Origin: Blastocladiella emersonii ATCC 22665
Taxonomy: Eukaryota > Fungi > Blastocladiomycota
Length of the DNA stretch: 64,000 nucleotides
Direction: 5' to 3'
Assembly: GCA_025594325.1 (NCBI GenBank)
Contig: JANHCV010000007.1
Location: 868,001 to 932,000 of the forward strand
Part shown: piece after piece, positions 12,340 through 23,390 of the stretch
How the letters are laid out: each line of letters opens with the position of its first letter
How positions within the stretch are numbered: the stretch's first letter is position 1
Made by a program: the position numbers and the translations under genes
The notes under the pieces: generated by a model
The model's database searches: none
Told to the model about the DNA's origin: nothing
What the model saw: only the letters and a program-made list of their open reading frames with translations

Positions 12340-14882
12340 ATGGTCCAGTCAAAGAAGAAGCAGAAGAAGAATGCCGACTTCAGCAAGGTGAAGCTCAAGG
12401 TCGGCAAGAAGAAGCCCGAGTCGACGAGCTCGGTGAGCCTCGAGGTGCGGTCGCGCCAGCTCGTGCTGCGCGGCCAGAGCGTAGCCAGCGACAAGACGGA
12501 CGTGGCCAAGACGAAGCGCAACCTGACGCTCAAGGAGCTTCTGTCGCACCTCAAGCACCACAACACGGGCGTGCGCCGCGACGCCGTGCGCGGCATCCAG
12601 GAGATTGTCGACGAGCATCCCGAGGAGCTGCTGCTGCACCTCGGCGCGATCCTCGACGCCCTCATCGAGAAGGTCATCGACGACGAGCCCGACGTGCGCG
12701 CCGCGCTGCTCGCCACGCTCGACCACCTGCTCGGCCTGCTCGACGCGAGCCTTGCGCGGCCCTTCGTTTCGACCTTCGTCGTGTTCGTCAAGTCGGCCAT
12801 GAACCACATTTCGCCGGGAATCGCCGCCGACGCGCCCAAGTTCCTCAAGATGTGGATCGACCGGTTCGGCGCCCTGCTGATCCCCCACACGGGCGAGCTG
12901 CTCGCCAATTTCGCCGGCATGCTGGGCTCGGGTACCTCGTCCGACTCGCTCGGCGTCACCTCCTTCAACCCGGACAGCACCCTGAGCAGCAGCAACGCCC
13001 GCACCCGCCTCTTCTACTCGCTCGTCGCCTTCCTCGAGCTGCTGCACGCCGAGCGGTCCGCGAGCGACTCCCGCGCCGCGTCGACGCTGCCTTCTGCCAT
13101 GGACGCGACAGCCACGCTGTGGAGCTCGCCCGTGCCCGTTGCGCAGGGCCTGCCCTTCTCGCTGTTCGGGCACCAGACCGCCGCCGTGACCGCCTTTGAC
13201 ATGCACAAGAACGAGTCGGTGCTCGCGTTCGCCGAGGCGATCACGCCGGCCGTCCAGGCCTTCTGGATGGAGGCGTCGGTCAAGGTCTTTGACAAGGCGC
13301 GCATCACCGCGTCCGAGTCGCTCGACGTGTGCTTCGCGTCGGTCCAGCTCCTCGCCTCCGTGTTCCGCTTCCACCAGGGCCCCGTCCCCGAGGCGTGGGG
13401 CGCAAAGTACCGCGCCAGCACGCTCCGCCATTTCATCTCGGCGTTCCCGTTCGGCGGGTCGGCGCAGACGGATCCCGCTGTACGTTGTCGCTCGCTTGCG
13501 TCTGCTGATGGGCGAAACTGACACGCTGCGCGGACGTGTAGCTCAAGCTCCGCCTCGTCACCATGAACCTGTACTTCACCGAGATCCTGTCCCGCGTGTC
13601 GCGCGACGACATGGAGCCGGCGCTCGCCTTCTTCGTCAAATCGTTCGCGCCCGTGACCCTGAAGAAGGGCGCCGGCGTGGTACTCCTGCCCGAGCAGTTC
13701 ACGGACGCGCTTCCCGCGCTCGACGCGCTGATCCACTCGAGCCCCGCCGTCCTGTCGCAGCTGCTGCCGTGGGCGACCAGCCTGCCCGCGACCAACCCGA
13801 CGCGCGCCCTCGCCACGCGGTTCCTGTGCGAGCGCATGCTCGATGCGCCGCACCCGCCGTCGCCCAACGCCGCGCGCGCCTTCGTCCAGAGCCTCGTGCG
13901 GTACGTGTGGGAGCTCAAGGCGACGGCGCTCGAGACGACGGCCGCCATCTTCCACTTCCTGCGGGTCGCCGTCGCGACGCGCCGGTGCGACGCGGAGGCG
14001 GTCGCGCCGCTGATCGCGCGTGGACTCGGTGTCTTTTTCTACATCCCCGCCAAGGCGGGCGTGACGGCGACCGGGTCGTACGGCCCGTTCCTGGCGCTCC
14101 CCATCCCGACGCAGATGCTCGCGCTCGACCTGCTCTACTACCTCGACGCCTCGCTCGCGCCCGCGGTCGTTGAGTCACTGACGCACTGCCTGCTCGGTAC
14201 GCCGCTTTCACTCTCTGATGTATGGGTTGTGTGCTGACTCTCGATCCTCGTAGCCCCGATTGCAGACACACACGTGGTCGCGTACGCGCTCGACGTGGTA
14301 CAGTTCAAGTGCGCGCCGAACGTGTACTACGGGATCCTGCGCACGCTGTACCTCGGCATGACGCAGCGTACCATCAACAGCGCGGCCGACGCGTCTGACG
14401 ACCTCGCCGCGCACGTCACGCAGGCCTCGGCCGGTCTTCCGGCGGCTGCGACCTCCAACAAGCGCAAGGCGACCGCCGACGACGGCTCCGCGTTGGACCC
14501 CGTCGACGCATACGTCGCCGCGCGGGCGCAGGTGCAGGACGCGCTCGACGAGCGGCTCGCGCGGCCCGCGGTTGCCGAGGAGGGCGAGGCGGAGCCGATG
14601 TCCCCCGATGCCGCGTGGGAGCTGGTGTCAGACGTCGAGGCGGCTAAGTTACCGCTCCTGCCGGCCCTCGCGCTCGCGCGCTGGTCGCTGTTCCACGCGC
14701 CGGCGCAGTCCGGTGTGTCCGCCCTCGTCGCGAACGTCGTGGCGCGTACCGAGCGCGTGATCGCAGCGAGCGACGCGCCGCAGCAGCACCCGGCGTGCGG
14801 GCCGGTGCAGCAGCTCATGTCCCGCGCGCGCGAGGCGTACGAGGAGTGGGAGGCGGTGGTGCAGGCGGCGAGAGAGGCGTAG
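12340..14882 (+). CDS. IPI1: Pre-rRNA processing protein Ipi1/TEX10 (Rix1 complex)
   Basis: N-terminus KKKQKKNADFSKVKLKVGKKKP...NLTLKELLSHLKHHNTGVRRDA...IDDEPDVRAAL is the Ipi1_N signature. Introns at about 13481-13540 and 14197-14253 join three ORFs. Confidence 0.9.
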
Positions 14883-14928
14883 CGTAACGAGCAATACAAT
14901 GTATGGAATAAGCAATGGACGGTATCAC

Positions 14929-15884
14929 CTACTGGATCTCGCAGAACTTTGACTTCTTCTTAGCCGGCGCCGCGGCGGGCGCGGGCTTGACGTCGTAGTG
15001 GTCGAGGACCCAGGCCTTGAACTGCGCGTAGGCGGTCTCCATGTCGTCGTTGACGAAGATCGCGTCGTGGGCGCCCGTCTCGGCGTACTCGAGCTCGGCC
15101 TTGGCCGTGGCGAGGCGCTTGGCGAGCGACTCCTCGGTCTCGGTGCCGCGCGCGCGCAGGCGCTTCTCCACCTCCTCCATGGACGGCGGGCGGATGAAGA
15201 CGAACCGCGCGTTCATGGAGGTCGCTTTGATCGACTTGACGCCCTGCATCTCGATGCTATGATACACGCAGGTACGGGTGAGGGGGACGCGTCGGTGCGA
15301 GAGGGGAAGGCGGGGCAGCGTCGTACTCAAGAACACAGATCTTGCCGGCGTTGGTGACATCCTCGACGGCGGCGAACGAGGTTCCGTAGCAGTTGCCGCT
15401 GAACTCGGCGTGCTCGATGAATGCGTTCTCGGCAACCTTGGCCTCGAACGCCTCGCGCGTCACGTAGTGGTAGCTGGTGCCGTCGACCTCTCCGGGACGC
15501 GGCTGACGCGTCGTGTCTACACAGAAGGGGCGCGAGTAAGCGACTGCGTCGCGATGGCGCTTCACACGGCACAGGAGAGACGTACGTGACACGCTGAAGC
15601 CAAAGACGCCCGGGTACTCCTTGAACATGCGGTTGAGCAGCGTCGACTTGCCTAGGGGCGGGAGGACGGCGTCAGCGACGGCCGAGGGCGCGCAGAGTGG
15701 CACGCGTACCCGATCCGCTCGGCCCGCTCACGACGAGCGGGCGCTTGTTATCCTTGTCCTTGGGCGCGTCAGCGGCAGGCGCAGCAGCAGCAGGGGCCGC
15801 GGCAGCGGGGGCCTCGGCCGGCGCAGGCGCAGGCGCGGCAGCGACGGGCGCTTCAGGGGCGGCAGCGGCGGGCGTGTCCAACAT
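14929..15884 (-). CDS. GUK1: Guanylate kinase with Ala/Pro-rich N-extension and C-terminal polybasic CaaX-like tail
   Basis: RPLVVSGPSGSG|KSTL P-loop, FSVS|HTTRxPRPGEVDGxxYHYV, FIEHAEFSGNCYGTS, FVFIRPPSMEEVEKRLRARGTETEESL. Four short introns; ends KKKSKFCEIQ-stop. Confidence 0.95.
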
Positions 15885-16212
15885 GGTTGGTGATGAGTTC
15901 AGCAAGTGTAAGCTACGTGGTATGCAAAGTTGCTTGTAGACGCAGATCACCGCGGGAGAGAGAGCCGGGGGGGCGGGCGTGGGCGGGGCAGGCCGGCGGG
16001 CGCCCGCGAGACAAAATGCGTGCATGAACGCATGAGTGCGTTTTCGCGGCGCCACACGCGGGAGACAGACACGACCCCGAAACGTCTCGCACCGCGCACG
16101 TGGCCGCGTTCGACGGATTCTTCCGCGGAGGTTTCACTGTTCGGCGAAGCGAGGGATCAGCGCAGCGCAAAAGCTTGGCGGTCGAGCGCACTGGATTCCC
16201 GCTTCCCCATCG

Positions 16213-16270
16213 ACACCTGCTACGCCATCAACACCTGCTACGCCATCAACACCTGCTACGCCATCAACAC
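16213..16270 (+). repeat. 18-bp tandem repeat (ACACCTGCTACGCCATCA) x3 plus partial
   Basis: Three identical units start at 16213, 16231 and 16249; the partial unit ends 3 bp before the ATG at 16274. Confidence 0.97.
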
Positions 16271-16273
16271 ACC

Positions 16274-17338
16274 ATGGGATTCGTCCGCACCAACACCGAC
16301 CGCCGCCGCTCCCAGCGCGCCTACTGCCCGCCGCCGTCTGCCATCCCCGACGATGCGACCGCGACGCCGCACCTCGAGCTGCCCGAGGCCCGCGTCATGT
16401 TCTTCGTGAGCGCGCTGTACGAGAAGGACACGGCGCACATGCGGCAGTTCGCCGAGCGGCTCGAGTCGGTGCTGCTCGCGACCGACCACGCCGGCTACGA
16501 GTCGCACGTGTTCGGGTCGTACCCCAAGTCGTCGCTGGCCGCCGCCGCGTCGGCCCTCGTCGCCGAGGTCACCCGCTTCACCGAGGGCGTCAAGACACTG
16601 CGAGTGCTGCTCGTCGGGCAGGGCATGGGCGGGCTCGTGGCCGCCGAAGCCGCGCGGTCGCTCGTGCTGCCCAAGGCGGGCAAGCCGGGCGACGAGCGCG
16701 TCGGCAAGGTCACCGTCGACGGCGTGATCGCCATCAACACGCCCTTCTTCATGTTCCCCGACAACCTGTGGTCCGCCGCCGAGTACGCGGCCATGGCGCT
16801 GTACACGGGCCGCCTCGCGCAGTCGCGGAAGCCCGACGACGCCGGGCTCGGTCGCAAGATCGCCAACAACCCCGTGTCGCGTTTCTTCTGGCGCGACCTC
16901 GTCGGCGGCGCCGTCAAACTCACCGCCGATATCACCGCGGCGACCGTCGACGCGCTCGGCGGTGACGCGTCGTGGAACGAGCGGCACAAGTTCCTCGACC
17001 CGCTCATCGACGAGTCGTTCGCCGACCGCGTCAAGCGGCTCATGGCCCTCGTCGACCGCGGGGTGCCCGTCGTCTCGCTGCTCACGCGGATCAAGGGCGC
17101 CAACCCCGAGACGTACGCCTACGTCCCCGCGCGGAACGACCTCCCCGAGCCGCTTCGCGAGTGCCACCAGTTCGTCGAGCTGCGGAGCGGCAAGGCCCTC
17201 GACGTCGCCGAGAACGCGCTCGACGAGAGCAAGCAGCCTGACGCGTTCCTGGGACTCGTCGACCAGTGCGCTAACATCGTGGGTGCGTGGGCGCCCGCTG
17301 GCGACGGCGAGTCTGTGGCGGCTGCGGCGTCAGAGTGA
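16274..17338 (+). CDS. Alpha/beta-hydrolase-fold (DUF676/lipase-like) protein with non-canonical nucleophile elbow
   Basis: Single-exon ORF with strong GC3 bias. LRVLLVGQGMGGLVAAEA...VDGVIAINTPF matches the fungal lipase-like pattern GHSMGG...GVIAFDTPY, but the nucleophile Ser is Gly. Confidence 0.7.
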   Translation: MGFVRTNTDRRRSQRAYCPPPSAIPDDATATPHLELPEARVMFFVSALYEKDTAHMRQFAERLESVLLATDHAGYESHVFGSYPKSSLAAAASALVAEVTRFTEGVKTLRVLLVGQGMGGLVAAEAARSLVLPKAGKPGDERVGKVTVDGVIAINTPFFMFPDNLWSAAEYAAMALYTGRLAQSRKPDDAGLGRKIANNPVSRFFWRDLVGGAVKLTADITAATVDALGGDASWNERHKFLDPLIDESFADRVKRLMALVDRGVPVVSLLTRIKGANPETYAYVPARNDLPEPLRECHQFVELRSGKALDVAENALDESKQPDAFLGLVDQCANIVGAWAPAGDGESVAAAASE

Positions 17339-17399
17339 ATACAACCATCGTGCTTTGAGCGACATTTGGACTTGGATTGTTTGAAGATCGTCTAATAGG

Positions 17400-17479
17400 T
17401 CTCGGAAGGTTGCTCCTTGCGAGCACATTGCGCACGAAAACATGTCTCAAACTGGTCACATGATTGTTAGACGCGTCTC
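17400..17479 (-). pseudogene. Possible relic 5' end of a fifth BTB copy
   Basis: Contains the same TCACATGATTGTT...CGCGTCTC motif found upstream of BTB copies A and C. A decayed start AAG GAG CAA CCT (ATG GAG CAA CCT in copy D) lies 38 bp away. Confidence 0.4.
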
Positions 17480-17590
17480 ACACCGCACTGCCCCGCGCAG
17501 CACGAACCAGCGCTCCTCCCGGGAAACATGTTTTGACAAGAGCATGAAGATCAAAATGAATAACAAAACGACGAGGAGGCGTCGAGAGTA

Positions 17591-19203
17591 TTAGAGGAGC
17601 TCAATGCAGACAAGCGCGCGAACAGTGGTCCCCCCGTCCACAAGGACCTTTGCAAGAGGGCCGACTTTGAACATGGGATTACACCCGATGAAAGATAGGT
17701 GAGGACCGCTCCAGCCAGTGCACAACCGGTCGATGCACGGTTTAATTTCCTCGTTTGGGCAAGTCGAGCCTGGTGTGGAACTCAATGATTGGTACGTGAC
17801 GAGGAATATGCGGCGACAGGCACGGTCTCTGATATCTACATAGGGCTCATCTTCGCAAGTGGTCACTCGTTTGTCGTCGCTGAACTTTCGTTAGCGCGTG
17901 ATCTTTCATCAAGTTACGAATTGAGAGTCCGTACATAGAAACCATGGCCTTGGCCGACTTTGAATCATGCTCGATAATCACGCGATAGCGTCTGCCGCCA
18001 AAAAATACCCAGTCGGATTCGATCTCCTGCTCGCCGCAAGGATAGAACTCGACGGGGATCCGCAGCGAGTAGCGCCGAGTCACGAAAGGCAGATGGGATT
18101 CCGCGTCCTGGGCAGCTTGGTCGCTCGCTTTGTTGTTGGCGCGAAGCATAGCGGGTTCCCAAACAGCCTCGTTATCCGGCGGCATCTTTGGGTAACCTGG
18201 TTCGGTGATTTCCTTATCCCACGAGTGAGCTGAGCCGATGATGGCTTGGAGCTCTTGAGCGGCGTACGCTGCAGCACGGATACCCGTGCGAAAGGTATTA
18301 TCTTCGAGTGCAAGCGGGTTCTTGAGGACAGAAAGCATCTCGCTGTCTGACATGTTGCAGAACCGGACAGCGTCCAAGATGTCCGCAGGGGCGACGTCTA
18401 AATCGACAAGAAACTCGAACAGCGCAAACACGGTGGAGAACCAGAAGCCCGGAGAGAGGACGACGCGGCGGACGAGCTCATAGTCGCATTTGGCGAGTAC
18501 TGCACGCGTGAATGGGTGCGGGCCCAAGAACTCGAGGTGCGCGATAGTGGACTTGAGCAGGTTCGCGACATTTTCTGGTAGAGTCGACTGGGAACAGAAG
18601 CTCAGAACGCGAGCAGCCAAGATCGCAATGTCTTCGGGCAGTGGGCCCTTGTAAGGCGAGCATTTGGCAAGCGTGACATGATAGTAGTTGCAGCAAGTGC
18701 TAACGAGTTGCGGCAAGTCTAGTTTTTGAAGTGCACGATTAGGCGCCTCATGTGCAGAAATCGGAGAGGCCTTGACATAACGTACCAAAGTAAAGCGCCG
18801 CTTCGATAACATCGACGAGATTCGAGGTCGACAGTCGCGAGGCAAGAACGCTGGAGCATGCGCCGTACAAGGCGGCGATCACGGTCTCCCAAGCATGGAT
18901 CGTGCTTGCCTCGGTGCAGGTCCCCGACAGCGAGAAATCCAATCGGATCGCACAGCCCTCAGTGGGCGCGTGCCAATCGTCGCTGAGCAGTCCGCGGAAG
19001 AAAGCGCTCGGAACGAGCATGGCACGGTGCAGGTGATAACTCTTGCCGCAAATCAAGACCGTCACATCCGACTGATCGCCGCTGGCGGCAAGCTGGCGCA
19101 GATGGCGGTGAGCCGCGGGAGATTTGGCCGTGCACTCGCACTCGGCGGCAAGAGTTTCTGCCAGCCTCGGTAGATCTTCATTCGTTGCATCAGGTTGTTC
19201 CAT
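17591..19203 (-). CDS. BTB/POZ protein, tandem copy A (BTB, BACK-like, C-terminal MATH-like)
   Basis: SDVTVLICGKSYHLHRAMLVPSAFFRGLL BTB start. Intron 18719-18785 after YFG and a second phase-2 intron near 17.9 kb. C-terminal LRIPVEF...WVFFGGRRYRV...PYVD...LVDGGTTVRALVCIELL. Confidence 0.85.
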
Positions 19204-19295
19204 GGTTGAGGGAGCTGTCGCAGAGTACTGAGACGGCGACGGGTCGGGTCAGTGCTTTGGTCGCGGCGAGGCTCGCGGGCCAGAGGTCTCCGTTT

Positions 19296-19321
19296 TGTCA
19301 CATGATTGTTCAACACGTCTC
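19296..19321. promoter_or_regulatory. Conserved upstream motif of BTB genes (TCACATGATTG..CRCGTCTC)
   Basis: Near-identical 26-bp block about 95 bp upstream of copy A, about 110 bp upstream of copy C (23226-23251), and at 17454-17479; the surrounding DNA does not align. Confidence 0.55.
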
Positions 19322-19598
19322 TCGCTTCGCTGCCACCGGCACCCCTGGTTCCGCGCACACGGGTGATCTCAGTGGTCTGCAAATTTTACTTGAACCTCCT
19401 AGACCTTCGCGCAAGGCCCTCAATTGAGGGCTAAAACCCACCGCCACGTTGGAGCACCGGCTCAGATCATATGGGGGCTCCTGAAGGTGCATGAGTAACA
19501 GCCCCATATGAATGCGTGGAGGGAGGTGCGTTGGTAACACAAGTTATACGGTGCTCCTGATGGGGTGCAGATTGATGTCATTAGATATTATAAAACTC

Positions 19599-21202
19599 CT
19601 AAATGAGCTCAACAAAAAGAAGTCCCCGAACGACTCGATTCCCGTTGACAAGGGCGCATTGGGTGATCCAATAGTGGGTTCCACTTGTGTCAGGGGGGCT
19701 CCAACTTCGAGGCAGGGCTGAGATGCAGGTAGCCGCTTGCGAGCTTGAACAGTCAATCAGGGGTAGGGTGATTGAGGTGTCAAAGAAGGCGGCACGAGTG
19801 CGAATGAGGGCTGATTTATGCGAGTCAACGTAAGGTGCTGCCTGAGAAATCGTTGCTGGCGTGTGCTCCCTATTGGCAAAACGGTGTCAGAGAGATTCCG
19901 TGTCAATCGTATACAGGGAACAGCGTACAGGTAGATAAAGCATTGGCCTAGTTCACGTGAGTTTGGGAGCGCCTGTACGTGGTAATTCCTGCCTCCAAAG
20001 AATAATGTCGCAAGAGTGTATAAACCCGCTTTAAGGGAGGTTACGTCGAGGTCGATAGGAACGCGTAAGCAGTGGCGTCGTGGAACAGAAAGGACGCGCA
20101 TAATTTGAGTCGGGAGGTTTTGGCCGGATTGGCCCGCGCTAATTCGTTGAACAGCAGAGTTGAGGTCCGTTGACGGAGCAGGGTAACGCGGCTGGTTCAA
20201 CATTGTTTCGTCCGGCTTTGCAGCAATTACTGCAAGCCGAAGCTCATGAGCAGCAAACGCTGCCGCGCGGACACCCGTTCCAAAATGCGGATTTTTGGTC
20301 ACGAAGTTGGACGACAAAACATGGGACAGGTCGCCGTCGGGCATGTTGCTAAACCGCACTGCCTGAAGGATTTCGGCGGCGGAGATGCCCAATTTGACAA
20401 GGAAGTCGAATAGCACGAGTTCGGACAGAAACCAGAAACTAGGAGAGAGGACAACACGGCGCACAAGCTCAGGTGAGCAGCGAGTGAGAACAGAGCGCGT
20501 GAAAGGGCAAGGGCCCAAGAACTCGAGGCGCGACACTGTGTGCTTGAGCAAATCGGCAACCGTCCTCGGAAGGGCTGAGCGAGAGCAAAACGCCATGATG
20601 CGAGAAGCCAGCACAGCGAAAGCTTCGGAAGGAGTGCCCGTACTAGCCGAGCAGTTGGCCAGCATCGTCAGATAATAATTCGAGCAGGTTTCGAGAAGCT
20701 GTGGGATGTCTGTATTGAATCGTGAGCATAGTTAGCAAAGCGCTCTACTGATGACCGTGAGCTACGGTTGCTGACTCGTACCGAAATAGAGCGCCGCCTC
20801 GATAATGCCAAGCAAGTTGGTGGTCGACAAGCGAGACGTCAAAACCTTCGAGCACATGCCGTACAAGGCAGCGATCACCGTCTCCCACGCAAAGAGTGCG
20901 CGTGAAGGGTCATTGGGAGCGGAAGAAGGCGCAAAGTAGAGACGGATTGAGCAGCCCTCCATCGGCGTGTGCCAGGCGTCGCTGAGCAGCCCGCGGAAGA
21001 AAGAGCTTTGAGAGAGCATAACACGGTGCAGCGCATAAATTTTACCGTGCAAAACGACGCTTACGTCCGACTGTTCACCGCTCAGAGCGACCTCGCGCAT
21101 GTAGCGATGAGCCGGTGGGGACTTGACCGTGCAATCGCACTTGGCGGCGAGCGTTTCAGCCAGCGTCGGGAGTTTTACATTCGTTGCATCAGGTTGCATC
21201 AT
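19599..21202 (-). CDS. BTB/POZ protein, tandem copy B
   Basis: MMQPDAT...SDVSVVLHGKIYALHRVMLSQSSFFRGLL. Same two intron positions as copy A. The spliced last exon reads PYVDSHK...LVNGNRVVRGLLFVELI-stop. Confidence 0.85.
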
Positions 21203-21495
21203 GGTAGCCGGGGTTGCCGCGCAGATACGACGCAGCGGAGGGAGCAAGCGCGGCTGGTCGCCTGCTTCGTTCGTCAGCGATGGGCGGCTGGTGACGTCAG
21301 TGTCGACCCGTGATGCCCACGGCATGTAACCATCGCGGTTCCAAGCCACTTGGTTTCCCTTGGTGCACCAAATTTATCAAGTACGAGCTGCACGCGTGGC
21401 TTTTTTCGCAACGAAACCAGTGTCGCACTTGAGCCTGAAAATAAAATAGGATCGAAAATACATCAAAAGAATAAATACAACGTCCATCCCAGTCG

Positions 21496-23114
21496 TTACA
21501 GCAGCTCGACGCAGAACATCGCGCGAATCGTCGGCTCGCCGTCGACCAACACCGTCGCAAGGGACTGGCTTTCGACCTCAGCGCTGAGCGACTTGAACAC
21601 CATCGGCTCGCTCCAGACTTGCGGGGCGCGGTCAATCCAGGGCGCCGGCTTTTCGTTGATGCAGAACGATTCAACGGTTGGGAGAACCCGCTGGTAGGTC
21701 ACAACGTGGGTGCGTCGCAAGAAGGTCTTGCGACGATCCGTGTACGAGGAACTCGAGCTGGCCGCCGTGTCTTCGCTACAATGGATTGAACAGGCGAGAA
21801 ACATCCATATCAACCGCGACAACCGCGTGCAGCGCGTACATGGAGAAAGTGGCCAGCGGGGGGACCGTCTTGCCGGGTGTAACCTTGGCCTTGTAGAGCC
21901 TGCCGCCAAAGAAGACAAAGTCGGTTTCGAAAGTCTTACTTGTGTCAGAAGCCTTCAATTCGACGGCAATGCGGAGGCAATGGCGACGAGGCGCGGTAAA
22001 CTTGTGATCACCAGCGGTTTGCTCGCTTTTGGCGCGGCGCTCATGGTCGTTTCCGCCGAGCGCAGGTTCCGCGACAGGTTCCGCGACCGTTGGCTGCTCG
22101 GGATAGCCCGGCTGCTTCAAACGAGCGTCGTCCTCGGCCGCCGCAAGAATCGTGGCGCGGAGCTCGTTGGCGGCGAAGGCGGCCTCGCGAACGCCGGGCC
22201 GAAAAATGGGGTCCTGCAGCGCGAGCGGGGTGGTCATGACGCGGAGGAGCTCATCGTCCGACATTTTGCTGAAGCGGACGGCCTGCAAAAAATCGGCGGG
22301 CGCGACGCGCAGCTCGACGAGAAACTCGAACAGCGCAAACTCGGAGCGGAACCAGAAGCCCGGCGAGGTGACGATGCGTCGAACGAGGTCCGGGGAGCAC
22401 CGAGAAAGAACTGCACGCGTGACCGGGTGCGGGCCCAGAAACTCGAGGTGCGAAACGGTATGCTTGAGCAGGTCTGCCACGTCTTTCGGCAGAGCTGCCC
22501 CTGAGCAAAAAGCCATGACGCGAGCAGCGAGAGTCGCAAAGGCCTCGGACGGCGCATCGTTGGTGGACGAGCAATTTGCTAGCTTGGTTCCGTAGTAGGT
22601 GCAGCACGTTTCCAGGAGCTCGGGAAGATCTGTTTGGATCCACGGTTAGTGAGCACACAGGGACGGGTTCGCACACTCGATGCACCGCGAGCGTACCAAA
22701 GTAGAGCGCCGCCTCGAGAATGTCGAGAAAATTGGTCGTAGACAGCCGCGAAGCCAAGACCGTCGAGCACACGCCGTACATGTTCGCAATCGCCGTCTCC
22801 CAGGCGTAGAGCGTGCGCGCGACGTCGGTCGTGGTCGAGAGCGCGAAATCAACGCGCATGGCGCAGCCCTCCATGGGCGTGTGCCAGGCGTCGTTCAGTA
22901 GGCCTTGAAAGAAGGAGCTCTGGGCAAGCATCACGCGGTGCAGCGGGTACTTTCTTTCTTGGATCACGATGCTCACGTCCGACTGGTCCCCAGTGGCGGC
23001 GACCGAGCGCATGTAGCGGAGCGCGCGCGGCGACTTGGTCGCGCACTCGCACTTGGCCACGAGCGTTTCGGCCAGCGAGGGCAGTCGTTCATCCGTTGCA
23101 TCAGGTTGCTTCAT
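21496..23114 (-). CDS. BTB/POZ protein, tandem copy C
   Basis: MKQPDAT...SDVSIVIQERKYPLHRVMLAQSSFFQGLL. Conserved introns; ends LVDGEPTIRAMFCVELL-stop. Confidence 0.85.
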
Positions 23115-23390
23115 GGTGTGGAGAGTAGTCGACGTGCGAGAGCGGAACGAGAGGCAGTCGAGCGACGAGGAGCAGCCTCGGCGAAAGGCGAATGGCGAGC
23201 GCCCCCGATTTGCGCCACACTAGGTGATCACATGATTGATCGTCGCGTCTCAAAGCGTACGCTAGGTCGCTACGACCCGCCTGCCCGTTGGCGAGCTTGC
23301 ACTTTGGGGGCGGGGATGAACGAATTGGAAAACATTTATTAAATAGCACAAAACGGAAGTCGCGGGCGTTTTCGCTCAGCACTGCTAGTG

